From NCBI GenBank assembly GCA_010093815.1, contig ML996592.1: DNA of 58,250 nt; one strand, given 5' to 3'. How positions within the stretch are numbered: position 1 is the first letter of the stretch; the number at the start of each line of letters is the position of its first letter. The DNA comes from Pseudovirgaria hyperparasitica (lineage: Eukaryota). The position numbers and the translations under genes are program-made. Positions 1-13,203 of the stretch are shown one piece after another. Below the pieces are notes generated by a model that had not been told where the DNA came from, did no database searches, and saw nothing but the letters and a program-made list of their open reading frames with translations.

Positions 1-2760
1 TAACTAAGAAGAATTATTATCTATTACTACTAGTTAGTAAATCTTTAGACTAATTAATAAAGGTAAAGTACTTTATAAAGCTAGATTTATAAGATCTATA
101 TTACTAGCTTTAAATTCGTTACGGAGATAAGTAGAAAACCGCATTTCGGACTAGATATAGTTATTTTAAGTATACTATTATACTATTTAGGCTAATAAAT
201 ATACTAGGAGTATTTTAAGAATATATTAATACTATACTTATAGAATTACTTAATATAATTTACGTAGTTTATCTTAATAATATACTAATTTACTCTAATA
301 GTATATAGAATTATAAAGAATATATGAAATTAGTACTAAATCGTCTAAGGTAGTATAAACTCTATATAAAATTATCTAAATATAAGTTTCACTAATAAGA
401 AGTTAGGTTTCTCGGCTTTATTATAATATATAGCGGTCTAAAAATGAAGCCGGAGCGTGTAAAGACCATTATAGAATAGCTAGAATCTACTACTATACGT
501 TAAATTAGAACGTTTATAGATTTTATAAACTATTATTATAAATTCATTATAGGCTTCTTACGAATTATAGCGCCGCTTAATAAACTTATAGAAAATAGCG
601 GTAAAATCCCTATAGATAGACGAGTATAGCGTAAAGCTAAGTCGGTCGAGATATAGTTAACGCTAGAAGCGTAAGATACGTTCCGATTACTAAAGAATTA
701 CTTTATAACTATACTAATTCTTAGGTATTTTAATTCTAAGAAGTATATTCGGGTCGAAACTAACGCGTTAGAATTTATAATTACTAGAATTATTAGTTAA
801 CCGTATAAAGATATAAAAGATAAGGTATAATAGTACCCGGTTGCCTTCTTTTTCTATAAAATAGTAGATATAGAGACGCGTTATAATACGTATAACTAGA
901 AACTACTTATAATTATTAAGAGTTTTAAGTAATAGTAATATTATTTAGAAGGCTCTATATATTAGATTGAATTATTATCGGATTACGTAAATCTATATTA
1001 CTTTATATTAACTAAGGTCCTTAATCGCTAATAAGTATGTTAGGCTAAGTAGATATTAATATTTAACTTTAAAATCTTATATAAAGCTAGAAGAGAGAAT
1101 AAAGCTAATCCTCTATCGCGGCATAAAGATTATAAGAAATCATCATAGAATAACATAGATAGTCAGTATAAGTTAGACTATACTATACTTTAGATACTAT
1201 AAGACTAGTTATCTAATAGAATACTAGAAGCTAGGACACTTTCAGCAATTCTCCGCGGGAATTAGAGCAGGTATTAAGTAATCTAAATAAACGTCTAAGA
1301 AACTAAGAAAACCCTTAAAGACTTAATTAAATCTACCTAGAATTCCAATATATTAGTAAAGAAAGTTATAAGTATAAAAGGAAGCGCCGTAGATCTACCA
1401 TAGTTATTAAGGTAGAAACGACGATTAGACGTAGTCTACTTCTAAGGCCGACTCTACGTGCTAGAAGGTAGCTTATAAATTAATATTTTAAGGGAATAGT
1501 ACGATTATACGTTAGTAGAGTACTTTAGTATTATAAGAATAGTTAATTTAATCTAAAGAATATATAACTAGCTAGGTCTTTATAAATATATAAAGGACTA
1601 CGTAAAAATATATAACGTTTACTAGTATACGAAAGTATATAGATACTTACCATATAGTAAATTAAGGCTATTATCTATGCTAAAGAAGATATAGAAGAAA
1701 TTATTAATAGATTTTATTATAGATCTACCTCTAAGTAAGTATTCTAGGTATATTTATAATAGTTTACTTATAGTTCTAGATAGATTTATAAAGATATTAT
1801 ACTATATCCCTATAAGAAAGATAATCTAAGTACCGGATCTTATAGATATACTACTCTATAACGTAGTTTAGCTCTATAGTATACTAAACGGTATAGTTTT
1901 AGATAGAGGTCCGTAGATAATATCTAAATTTTAGAAGGATTTCTACTATATACTAGGAATTAAGCGGAAACTTAGTACTACGTTCTATCTATAAATAGAT
2001 AGATAGATAGAGTAGTAGAATTAGATAGTCGAGGCGTATTTACGCGTATATTATAACTATAAGTAGAATAACTAGGTAAGGTTAGTCTATGTTACGGAAT
2101 TCACGTATAATAATAGCTAATATATATTAACCTACGTAAGTCCGTTTAAAGTAAACTTTAGTTAGAACTATAATATATAGTTCTTAGGGACTTAGTTTAA
2201 AGTAGAACGACCTAATATTAAAGTAATAGAAATTACTATAGAACTATTCTAAACATAAAGAAGCATTATAAAGTTACTATAAGATACTACGGATTATAGT
2301 AAATCGTACTATAATAAGAGTAGAAAACCTATAATCTTTAATATTAGAGATAAAGTTTTACTAAATAGTAAGAATATTCGTAGTATTAGACTAAAGAAGA
2401 AGCTTAACTATATAATAATAGATCTATATAAGGTTACTTATATAATTAATAACTAGGTGTATAAGTTATAACTCCCTTCTATATTAAAGATATATAATAT
2501 ATTCTATATTACGCTTCTCGAGCTATTTTATACCTTATTATTACTAGATCGTTCCGAATAGATACTATATAAAGTAGTTATATAAGAAGGTATAGATATC
2601 TATAAAGTTAAATAGATACTTAGCTAGTAACGCGCTAAAGATAGTACGTGGCTATATAAAATTTATTGGAAAGAATATAATCCTAATAAAGATACTTAGA
2701 AACCTATAATAAATATTAGTAGAGTAGTAATATTAGTATATAAGTAGTTATTAGTAAAGA
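1..2760 (+). pseudogene. pol: Gypsy pol remnant: RT, RNase H, integrase, chromodomain
   Basis: Manual translation gives KTAFRTRY (~136-160), YLNN = RIPed YLDD (~270-281), ETNAL = ETDAS RNase H (~757-773), IDFIIDLP integrase (~1707-1730), DRG (~1902), GPY-like region (~2420-2500) and chromodomain WLYKIYWKEYNPNKDT*KP (~2648-2706). Many RIP stops. Confidence 0.92.
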
Positions 2761-3981
2761 AAGCTATAGAATTATAGAGAATTATATTAAAGTATAGTAA
2801 TTTAACGGGTCGTAGCTAGGCAATGCCTCTTCGGAGGTAGTAAGAGGTTCGGAGCGGCGTTAATAGCGACCTCGTCGTCGCTAGGTAGGTGGTTATAGAG
2901 TTTTCGCGACGCGTTACTCTATAGGGACCACACCGTAATAAACCAGCTAGGATAGTATATACTTCTATTCTATTCTTAATTAACGCGTTAAGAGGAGTCC
3001 ACGAGGATACCGGGATAAGAAAACCACCTAACGCGCTACTACTATGTTAAAAGCAGGCCTAAATCTACCTTACCATGTGGGTAGAGAAAGCGGAAGTCCT
3101 AGTAGCGCGATAGGACACCTTAAGGCTTAAATGGCTCTAGGTGCATAAGGATTAGCGAGAAATCATGTTAAGGGTAACTATAAACTACTACGGATGAACT
3201 TATTAAGGCTAACTCTCCTATAGTATTAAACTACGTTTATTAAGACGCCTAGCGCGACCACTAGTAGCGCGACTCTATTAAGACCTTTCGCTCGATACGG
3301 GATACCGCTTAGGTCTAGAATAGATAGAGCGGCTCCCGTGTATAAGAGATGTTATAGTCTACCGTAGAAGGTAGAGCGCTAGTATATATAGATAATAGTA
3401 CACGGACATAGGTAAGAGGCGGCTATAGGGACCTATTAAAAAGTAGTAGAAATAAGTCGGGTTAGTAGATAGAGGATACTTAAGTCGCCTAGGCGCGTCA
3501 CGCGAGTATATATATATAGGATTTAAAGAATACTCGCCTATAAGACACGGTCGGCCTATTATAGAGAGATCCTTATAGGTAACGCGAAACCGGATAGTAG
3601 CTATACTTAAAGGCGGGGCGTGGTATATAGTAGTGACTACTGGCTCTAAGGACCTTACCCCTTTAATGGGCTCTAACCTTTAGTATATCTAGAAGTAGGC
3701 GGGATTACGTCCTAGCCGGGGAGACTACTATATAGCCCGAGAGAACGGATGCGCGTATCGATTTATAAAGAGATAGAACGTGTCGCTAGGCACGTACGCT
3801 AGTAACATGAGTTTCAGGAGTAAACCTCGTAGTTTTCTAGCTAGATAAGGCGTCGTGCCCCTCTTCTAGTAGAGCTAGAGGTATAAGCCTAAAGGTGATG
3901 AGATAAGGCGAAAACAGGAGCAGGGCCTAATGGTATAGGGCACGTTAAACCTATAGGAGTCATCCGACTTCGAACTAGAGG

Positions 3982-5858
3982 CCGAACCGTATACACGGTC
4001 ATGCTCCTAAAACTAGGGAAGAGCCTAAACACGCCGAAGGGATAGAGGCCGATCACCCTTCTCTCCTACCTTAGTAAGGTACTAGAAGCTACGATTACTA
4101 AGAAGATAAGTATAGTAGTATAGGTACACGGCCTTCTTCTAGTAAACCAGAAGGCGAAGGTAGAAAGCTCCCTAATTATAGCTATTTAATATATCCTCGA
4201 GGTTATCTAGACTATATAGAAATAAGGACGAGTCGTCACGCTACTCTCCCTAGATATAGTAGGGGCGTTTAATAAGGTAAACCATATAAGACTTATCCAT
4301 AACCTCCGGATAAGGCGAATACCTAAGTAGATTATATAATTTATATAGTCCTTCCTTGCGTAAAGGACTACTTAAATATATATCCCTAGATACCGAAGTA
4401 AATATAAGGAGACGGTATACGGCATCCCGTAAGGGAGTACTATCTCCCCGATCCTCTTCCTCTTCTTTATAGTAGACCTCCTTTAGAGAATAGAATATAT
4501 AGAGATAGTCGGATACGCGGACGATATATACCTCCTCGCGGTTAATAGTAGTACTAGTAGAATATATACACGACTCGAACGAGACTACGAGAAATGCGTC
4601 TAGTAGGTAAAGCGCTATAGAGTAAAATTCGCACCTAAAAAATACTAGCTTATATACTTTATTAACCGCTATAGAGGATAGGCTACTAGGGAGGGGGTAC
4701 GTCGCCCCTAAATCGACGCCTTTATAGAACTACTAGTATAGAGTATACACGCACTCGGCGTTATAATCGATAATAAGCTAAAATAGGGACCATAGGTGGT
4801 ACACGCCGTCTCTAGAGCCCTCTAGGTAGAAACCGCTATATACTAGATTACGGTATCCACGTAGGGAATAGCCTAGGATAAGGCGAGATAGCTATACGTC
4901 TCCCTAGTACGCCTAGCCTTTATATATGGATACGAGTACTAGTATATAGCCCTTATATAAGCTTGGCGGGTAAAGCTTAAGTCTATATAAAACCGTATAC
5001 TCCGCCTTATCTCCGGTATATATAAAGCTACTAATATAACGCTCCTCCGACGCGAGATAAACGTAATAAGTATATAGAACTTCTACTAGATATAGAGACT
5101 TATATACTTTACTAAATAATAAGTATAAGAACGTGGAGAAGATAGGGTATATACCTTCGCTATACTACGTATATATATCCGCGCGTATTACTAGGCCCTC
5201 CCTACTATAGAATAAACTTAAGTATAATATAAATACTATATAGAGGCGGACTCGAGCTAGACCGCGTAGGAGGTTTAAAATAACCTAGATACCGTCCTAA
5301 GCTAATAGAGCCCTAAGGAGCTTAGCCGCGTTATACGGTTATAGATCTAGAATAAATAGAGGGAGGTACTTAAAGCCTAGTAGGCCTCCTAATAGGATAG
5401 ATATCTAGAATAGATCTAAGGGCCTTAGAAGGAACTAAGTAAATAGATATATAAAGGGCTAACAAAGGCCTAAGTATCTATACTCCTCTAAGCCCGAATA
5501 GGCGCTATAGGTCTTCTATATTACCTCTACTAGAGAGGCGTCCTAGATATATCTCTCTAGTGCGAGGACTACGGCCGGAGAGGTATAATATACCACTACC
5601 TCGCGACGTGCTCTAGCCTCTATACCCTAAGATAAGCCCTTATCTATATAATAAGGACCTCCGATATCACGCGATAGCTTAATAAGTACCCTAAGGATAT
5701 CGCCCGATAGATACTCGTATACCTTCCTCTCCCCTAGTTCTAGTAGACCCGTATATATATACCGGAAGAAGCCCGATATATGCCGGAAGAACCCTAGTAT
5801 ATATTGGAAGAACCCCGGGAGAACCGCGATTATTAGTTAAGGGCAGCCCTTAACTAAT
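3982..5858 (+). pseudogene. LINE ORF2 3' half (reverse transcriptase plus C-terminal CCHC finger), RIP-inactivated
   Basis: RPITLLSYLSK, IP*GS (PQGS), GYADD at 4511-4525, and CEDYGRRGIIYHYLATC finger at ~5561-5611. Confidence 0.92.
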
Positions 5859-5861
5859 AAT
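5829..5861. repeat. Conserved palindrome copy (LINE 3' position), 16-bp arms around a 1-nt centre
   Basis: ATTATTAGTTAAGGGC-A-GCCCTTAACTAATAAT read directly. Confidence 0.97.
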
Positions 5862-7146
5862 ATCCGTACCTATACGTACTACCTAAGGGTAAACCATTAT
5901 AATATAGGCTATAGGCCCATAGGTAGCCCCTAGGGCTATATATATATAAAGAATAAGAGGATAGATAGAGCGTAGTTATGGATATAAGGGAATTTTCCTA
6001 TTCGTAGGTTTCTTCTTATATAGTAGCTTAGACTAGAGGAGGTATGCGTCTATAGAGTGGTACTCTACCTAGTTTACTAATATTATTATTATTATTATTA
6101 TTATAGTAATTTAACGTTTTTTAGTATAGCTTAGTACTAAGAATAGCTATCTAAAAGAAAGAAGGTAAAAGAGATATAGATCTTTAAAATATTCTAAGAA
6201 ATTAAGAAACTTCCTTAGAAAGTTTAAACTTAGAACTTTAAAATTTAACTAAAAAAGAGACTTAGAAAAATAATTCACTAAGAGAAATAGACATTAAAAA
6301 TTAGTACTAATTAGTATAGATTAGTATAGATTACTAAAGAGATTAAAGAAGTTATTATTAAAGAAAGATAAAATTAAGAAAACTAAAAGAAAATATAAAG
6401 ATCTATATAGATCTATATAAATCTATACTAATCTATCTAGAAGAAGTAAGATTACTTTAAAATTAAAATCTAAAACTAAAAATACTAGATAAAAGAGATA
6501 TATTAGTACTAATTAGTATAGATCTAAACTAATTAAGTTAGAGGAGAAGTAGAATAGCTAATTAATACTATAATTATATCTAAGTCTTTCTACTAGTTCT
6601 TATTTAGTATAGTATAGAGCTTTATAATATAGGTCTCTAGTCTTTTATTCTAATACTATAAACTCTATATAGTATACTTTATAGCTATAAACTCCTCTAT
6701 AGAAATCTATAGAGTAGTAGAAACTAGAGTAGAGAAGAATAGACTAGTATAGATATACTAAGAATTATATAAATTAGTAAAAAGATTTAATAATTAGTAT
6801 AGAACTATATACCTTTAGTATAGAAACTTCTAGATTAGAGCTATCTTCTCTAAATTTATAGCTCTTTAGTATATATAAGAAAGAAACCTTAGTCTTTTTA
6901 CTAGAATCTTTTCTAGGAATTTTAATATTATTAGTATATAGAAAAAAGTCTAAAGTAGTAGAGATCTTAGTACTATTATAGAGATTAATATATATTAGTT
7001 AATATCTATAATAATTTAAGAAAAATAATATTATCTAGTAATTATAGTAATTATAGTAGAGGTAGCTTTAGCTAGATTAGCGCGAATCTCTATAGAATTA
7101 TACTTCTAGCTATAAAGTATACTATATTTATATAATTTATAGAAGA

Positions 7147-7216
7147 ATATTTCTAAAGAATTCTAATTATTAGTACTATATTTCTAAAGAATTCTAATTA
7201 TTAGTACTATATTTCT
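7147..7216. repeat. Perfect 31-bp tandem duplication (2.3 copies)
   Basis: ATATTTCTAAAGAATTCTAATTATTAGTACT at 7147 and 7178, with a partial copy at 7209. Confidence 0.9.
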
Positions 7217-8867
7217 TATTAGTAGTATTTAAATAAGATCTAATACTAATCTATATAGATATAAGTAAATCTATATAAAACCTTTTAAACTTATTTAACT
7301 ACCTATAAATAATAATACTTCTTAGTTATATAAGTACTATAAGTTATAGAATTAGTACTACTATATATATATATAGATAGAAAGTAATAACTATAATAAT
7401 ATATAGCTAGATTATTAGAACCTAGCCTAGGTTAGAGTAGATTAATAGCTTTTATTATATTATTAATATAGATAAGATAGAGATTATTTAAAGGTATCTA
7501 TTTCTATACTAATTACTTCTAAGTATTAAGATTTTAGAAAACTATATTATAATTATTACTAATATATATAGATTCTTATAGATTATTATTATTATTAGCT
7601 ATATATACTATAAAAATTAATAAACTATATAAATTATAGTAAAATATAGTAAATCTATATAAATCTATATCTATAAGAATTAGATAATATATCTAATAAT
7701 CTAAAAAACTCTATAATAAGTTAAAAAGTTTTTTAAAGAAAGGAATATTTCTAAGAAAAGATTTTAATATAGATAGTACCTAGACTTATCTAATTATATT
7801 ACGTAATATACTAGGCCTAATTAGATAATTCTATCTATATAAAAATTTAGAATAGATAAATTCTAGTTTATTAGAAAAATACTTATATAATTCTTAGATT
7901 AGCTAGTATCTATATATATCTAAGATAAAGTATAGTAAATAACTAAGATCTTATAAGACTTAGAATAGAGAATATAGAGATAGATAATAATCTAGATTAC
8001 TAAGGGTAGCTTTCTAAAGAAAGAGAATAATTATTAGAACTTAGTCTTAGATATAACTATATCTATATATATCTTAGCTAACTTAGTTAGAAGATAGCGT
8101 AATATATAGTAAATGGTTATATACTAAATAGATTAGCGTCTCTTTATATATATACTCTTAGATTTCTACTAAAAGGGTTTAGTAGTAATTTATTCTATAA
8201 TAGAATATACTCTATTATTCTATCTAACTATACTACTATCTAATTACTCTATTCTTATAATAACTCTCTTATTTTACTCTCTAATTAAGCGCCCTTAAAA
8301 TAACGTCTATCTAGTACTCTCTAGATTATACTAGACTACTAAAAGTAGCCGTTCGTATCTACTACTACGGTAGTATTCGATTGCAATAGCTATTTAGATA
8401 GGGATTAGACTAAGAAGTCTATAGATAGATAGATAAATAGATAGAAAGTACTAGATGAAAGAAAACTAGCTAGTTAAAGCTAGTAAACTCTTACTAATTA
8501 AAGCTAGTAAAGCTCTAGTTAAAGCTACTAAGTTATTAATAATTAGTAGATTACTAGCCTAGTATTATTATTATTATTACCTTCTATTACTTTATTTAAG
8601 TATACTTATCTTTCTAAAACTTCTTTATACTCTAAGAGACTAAAACTAGTTAATTTAGAGAGATATAGTAATCTATATATATTAATTAATAGAGTATACT
8701 AAGTATGATAACCTCTAATATATATATATATATAGTATAGAGAATATAATAATACTAATATATAGAGATACTATATATATATACTTAAAAACTCTTTAGA
8801 GATATAAGTATAGACTACTACTAGTAAATACTAATATACTAACTCTCTTTTATTAGTTAAGAGTAAC

Positions 8868-9017
8868 TATTAAGATTATTAATAAGTTAAGTTATATTGG
8901 TTATAAAGTATACCATTTTCTATATACGTATCCGGTTGGTTATATTTATATAAACGACCGGTTCGCAACTACCTATATTAATTATATATAGTATATGCTA
9001 CTACTATAGCTATAATA
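8868..9017 (-). repeat. Gypsy-2 3' LTR
   Basis: Near-identical to 23601-23750. TAT...ATA ends are consistent with RIPed TGT...ACA. Confidence 0.95.
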
Positions 9018-9060
9018 AGGTGCCCGAATTTAAGAAAACCTACTACTACCCTTAGTGGCT

Positions 9061-10860
9061 TTACGCGCGACGCTTAGCTAGGCGCGGGTTTATATCTTTA
9101 TAGATACTATAGCGCGGTTAACCTACGGCTAAACTAACGCTAGGGAGTTCCTCGGCGGGCGCGACGTGCTTTATAGTCCTCTTAGGGCGACCTCGTTACT
9201 TAGCTAGTAGCTTAGTAACCTTAACGTCTTTATTATCGTCCTAGTTAACTTACTATACTTTACCGGTAGATAGTACGCTAGTTAGTTTATATAAAGCTAT
9301 TACGGGCTTACCTTATACGCTATTAGAGTCGTTATCTAGAAAAACTAGCTTTACGACCTTTTAGCACGTCTTATAATATAATAGTCCATTTAGTAGTATT
9401 TTAGTAAGGTAAGGTTTATACTACTTGTAACTATAAGTAGCTATAATAGTATCTTTAAGTCTAAAGCTATAATAGTAGTAGACGTCCTAGTAGTATTTAA
9501 CCATTTACTTTAGTCTTAACTCCTTAGTATAAAACTTATATTTAGCGTCGTAGGCACGGTTTAGGTACTTCTATACATGCTTACTAATTTCGTTATTAAA
9601 CGACCTTATAGTATATTTACTATACTTATAAATTAACTTTATAGGCTCGAGGAGGTTAACTACCTCCCCTAGAGGCCCTAGTTACTTAATTAGCTTACCT
9701 ATTTAGTATGAGTAATATCCTAGTTCTCTACGGTTGGCTAGAGGACGAGCTAACTTACTTAGGCTAGGTAGGAGACCTAGGCGGTCGACCGAATTAGGCT
9801 ACTTAGACTTTCGTTAAAATAACTAAGATAATATTTTTAAGGCGGCTAAGGTCGTCTTTATAACTAGGCGGGGCTATACTATAGTAAAATCGCTATTAAT
9901 TTCTTCCTTATCGGATAAGATAACGACTCGTTCCATTGCGAGCTTAGGTTAGATAATATAGGGGTCCCTCTTAATAGTTAGTTTTTTAAAAACTAGACTT
10001 TCTATAACTACTCTATTAAGGCCCTATATCTTTTTAGTAGTACTTACTTTCTATCGAAAGTTCTAGAATAACGTAATATATATATCTAGGTTACTCTTAA
10101 CTTTAAAGGAGTCTTTAGTCGTTAAAATAGTATACTCGAATATAGATCGCTTATATCTATTTTCGACTAAGTTAATACCTTCGTCGCCGATAAGTTTATA
10201 AAGAGTTTTAGCTTACTTAAGGAGTATTACGCGTAGGTTATTTCTAGTAGCTATTAGAACGGACGTTAAAAATTATACCTAGGTAGCTACTATAGTTCTC
10301 TAGTTAACTATATTTACCTTAATAGACGAGGTTACATTATATAGTTATTAGTAGATATTAGTAAGATAGACGTCGGCCTAGGTTAACTAGTCGATGATTC
10401 TTTCGACTATGTTAAGGTTATATATATAGATATCTAATATGGTCGCTTTCTTATTATCCGGCTAATCTTTCTATAGAATCGTAATTAGGTTAAATCTTTA
10501 CGTACTAGTTTCGAAATCGATTACCCGACTTAATTTAGGCGTGAATAGCGATAGGTTACTAACGTTTAGTACTAAGCTACCCGAGTTCATTTACTATCTA
10601 CTTAACTAACCGTACGGCGAGCTAAAGTCCGAATTATCGGTGGTAGTTAGTAATATAAGTAACGTAGTACGTGTATAATCTACTTATCGCGATCGGGCTA
10701 AAATTAGATTATCTACTAGACTTTTTACGGTCGGATATACGGCGCTTATAATCTTTAATAGTCGCTTAGCTAAAATGCTGCTGTCGTTATCTTCGTGCCT
10801 ATATATTAGGTTAATATCTAAGGGTACCGCCTAAGTATAATAGTCGGTTTCATTCGCCAT
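9061..10860 (-). pseudogene. Extra ORF(s) of Gypsy-2 downstream of pol; putative DNA-binding protein (Cys/His-rich region plus AT-hook-like RGRPKR)
   Basis: ATGs at 10860 and 9936 lie in the same phase. The frame from 9936 reads MERVVILSDKEE... to AK*RGRPKR (9178-9195). A Y-x2-Y-x11-Y-x4-Y pattern at ~9478-9540 is compatible with a RIPed C2H2 finger. Confidence 0.55.
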
Positions 10861-11919
10861 AAATAGCTTATCTTTAATTACCTAGGGCTTAGAACGAGTC
10901 TTTTCTAGAATCTACTAATAATATAGCGGTAATATCGCTGCTCCACTAAGTATAAATTAATTAAAGATAATCGCGACCTTATTATTTAAAACGCCGGGAG
11001 CTCCGTGTAGGAGATAACCGTTCTAAAACCATCCTTCTTTTAAGAATACGGCCGGCTATTAGATGCCGACCTTACCCTTCCTTATAATCTATTACTCTAT
11101 TACTATAATAATTAGTAACTTTACTTAGTTAGATAGCTAGACGTTTATAGGCGGCTAAGTTATATAGTCCTCCGTGATATTAATAGAATAATCTATATAA
11201 AATAGCTATAAATCGTATTTTAATAGGTGCTATTATTTAGTCGTAGAGAAATTATCTACTACCGGCCTATCGCTAGAGACCTATATAGGTAGGGCTAATA
11301 ACGAAGGGTATTCTATTACTATATATTCTAGAAGAATTAGTAGGAAAGCTTTTAACAAGCTAGAAAAACTCTTAGAATCTACCTAGTTCGCTATCACGTC
11401 GTATAGAGCTATATAGAATAGTTAGTTAGCTAGGTTAATGTTTACTCGCGTCTAAATCTTTTCTATAGACTACTAGTAGTACTTTTTACCTACCTTTAGA
11501 CGTAGACGTAGGAGGATATTAGTTAGTTTAGATTAAGTATAACTATTACAAGCCTACTAAATCGATATACTAGGTCTAGTAAGAATAAAGCTAGTTATAT
11601 ATAGTAATTAGTTAATATTATAGAATATTTATAGATTAGTAACTATGAATAGTAGGCCGTACGGTTAGCTTAACCGTGGTAGTCGTCTTTAGTTAACGGC
11701 TCTAGGTCCGGTATAGACCTTTAAGTAAATAACGTAAGGAAGTACTTAATAGTTATATATCCGTAGAATACTTAGTAAATATATATATTATAATACCGCT
11801 CGTTATAATAGATATCGACGGCTCTCTATCTATAATAGCTAGGGGCGGATAGATATCGCGACTTTAAGTAGTCGTCGACCTAGCTAGGCTCCTAGTAGAC
11901 TATTTCTATAGGCTTATCT

Positions 11920-13203
11920 AAGGTCGTATTCTTTAACTAAGTCTAATAGGAGTATGCTTCGCTATATCTACTAACCGAATTCTAGACTATCGCTATATAC
12001 TATTACCTAGTATTCGACGGTTAGTTTACGATTACGCCCGATTTAAACATGGCGCCGATTATAGATAGCTATCGCCATCTACTTATTTATAATAGTAAGT
12101 AGGCGCATGTCTTCTCTACGGTCGAAACGGTTAAGATCCTTTAGAAATAGTTCTAACTATTTAATAGATATTACTAGGTGTATTTTCTATGTCTCCGGTA
12201 GCTCTAGTTTATACGCCTAACGGCCTACTACGTATTTAATTAGTACCGGTCCGACTCGTTATTAGCTAAGCTTATAATAAGCGTCTAGAATCTTATACCC
12301 TTTATATAGTTAAATATAGACCTAGTTACTAGGAGCGAGGTCTAGTAGAGACGTATAGCGCCTATTAAAACGCTCCTTCATACGCGTCTAGGCGAATACT
12401 AGCGCGTCTAACGTCTCTTTCTAGTTTATATTATGCTTTCGGGCGTAATTATTCGCTTCTATTAAACTAGTCTCCTTAAATAGAGTGCCTTTAGATAGTC
12501 GGAAGCCGTATACTATCTTATTTAGAGATTTTAATATCGAGACGTTTATTAAATTATTTATAAGCCGCTAGACTAATAGAGCATAGGTTATCTAGCCTAT
12601 GGCTAGCGATATTAAAATAAGAAAACGTAGAGTAATCTCTACCATTTAGTTCGTGCGTTCGCTTTAACCGTTACTCTATTTATAATAAGCGGTCGATACT
12701 AGGATTTTAGTACTAATACCCTCGAAAATTCCTTTCTAAAATGACGATAGGAATTTTCGGTCTCTATCGCAAATAATTACGGCTAGGACTCTCTATTCTA
12801 GTAGTATACTCCTCCTAAACGTAGTTATCTATTACGTGGCGGTCTAGTTATTCCGGCCTAGGACGAGGTAGATTCGCTTAGTAAACTTATCTATTATAGT
12901 AAGTAGCGCGTTAAGCCTATTCTATATTGGTAGTCCGACGATAAAGTCTATTATAACTATATAAAATAGTATTAGCGGTAACTAGACTAGCTTTAATTCG
13001 CTATACGGCGTATATCTTTATATCTAGTAAGTTTTATAGGTAGGATAGTACTAAATATAGTACTTTAGGCGCTTTACGAGCCGATAAATAAAGTAGCCCA
13101 CGCGAATTTAATTATATACTTAGAAAAATCCTATATAAGCGGTTTTATCATGGAATTAAGCGAAGATATCTCTATCGAGCGATTTTAGTATATAGATCTA
13201 ATA
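11920..13203 (-). pseudogene. pol: Gypsy-2 integrase and chromodomain-like C terminus
   Basis: IDFIVGLP (~12928-12952), CDRDRKF (~12752-12772), RVGP...AYKLELPET.KIH.VISI (~12160-12258), and a chromodomain-like segment at ~11925-12060. Confidence 0.88.

Larger units (their letters stand above)
2808..6101 (+). mobile_element. Chimeric non-LTR retroelement: 1.17-kb non-LINE 5' module fused to a 5'-truncated Tad1-like LINE
   Basis: 15-bp TSD TATAGTAATTTAACG at 2793-2807 and 6102-6116, and a (TAT)n tail at 6081-6101. 3982-6101 aligns to 16413-18527. 2808-3981 has no match I could see to the LINE or elsewhere in the window. Confidence 0.85.
1..8031 (+). mobile_element. Ty3/Gypsy chromovirus-type LTR retrotransposon (Gypsy-1), 5' part outside the window, RIP-inactivated, interrupted by the 2808-6101 insertion
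   Basis: Domain order RT-RNaseH-integrase-chromodomain on +. Sequence resumes after the TSD at 6117. A purine tract AAAGAAAGAGAATAAT (~8016-8031) followed by TATTAGAAC resembles a PPT/3' LTR junction. The right boundary is uncertain. Confidence 0.75.

Noticed and set aside
8340..8410. GC-richer patch with TTCGATTG as a tRNA or SINE B-box
   Set aside because: No cloverleaf or A-box could be built.
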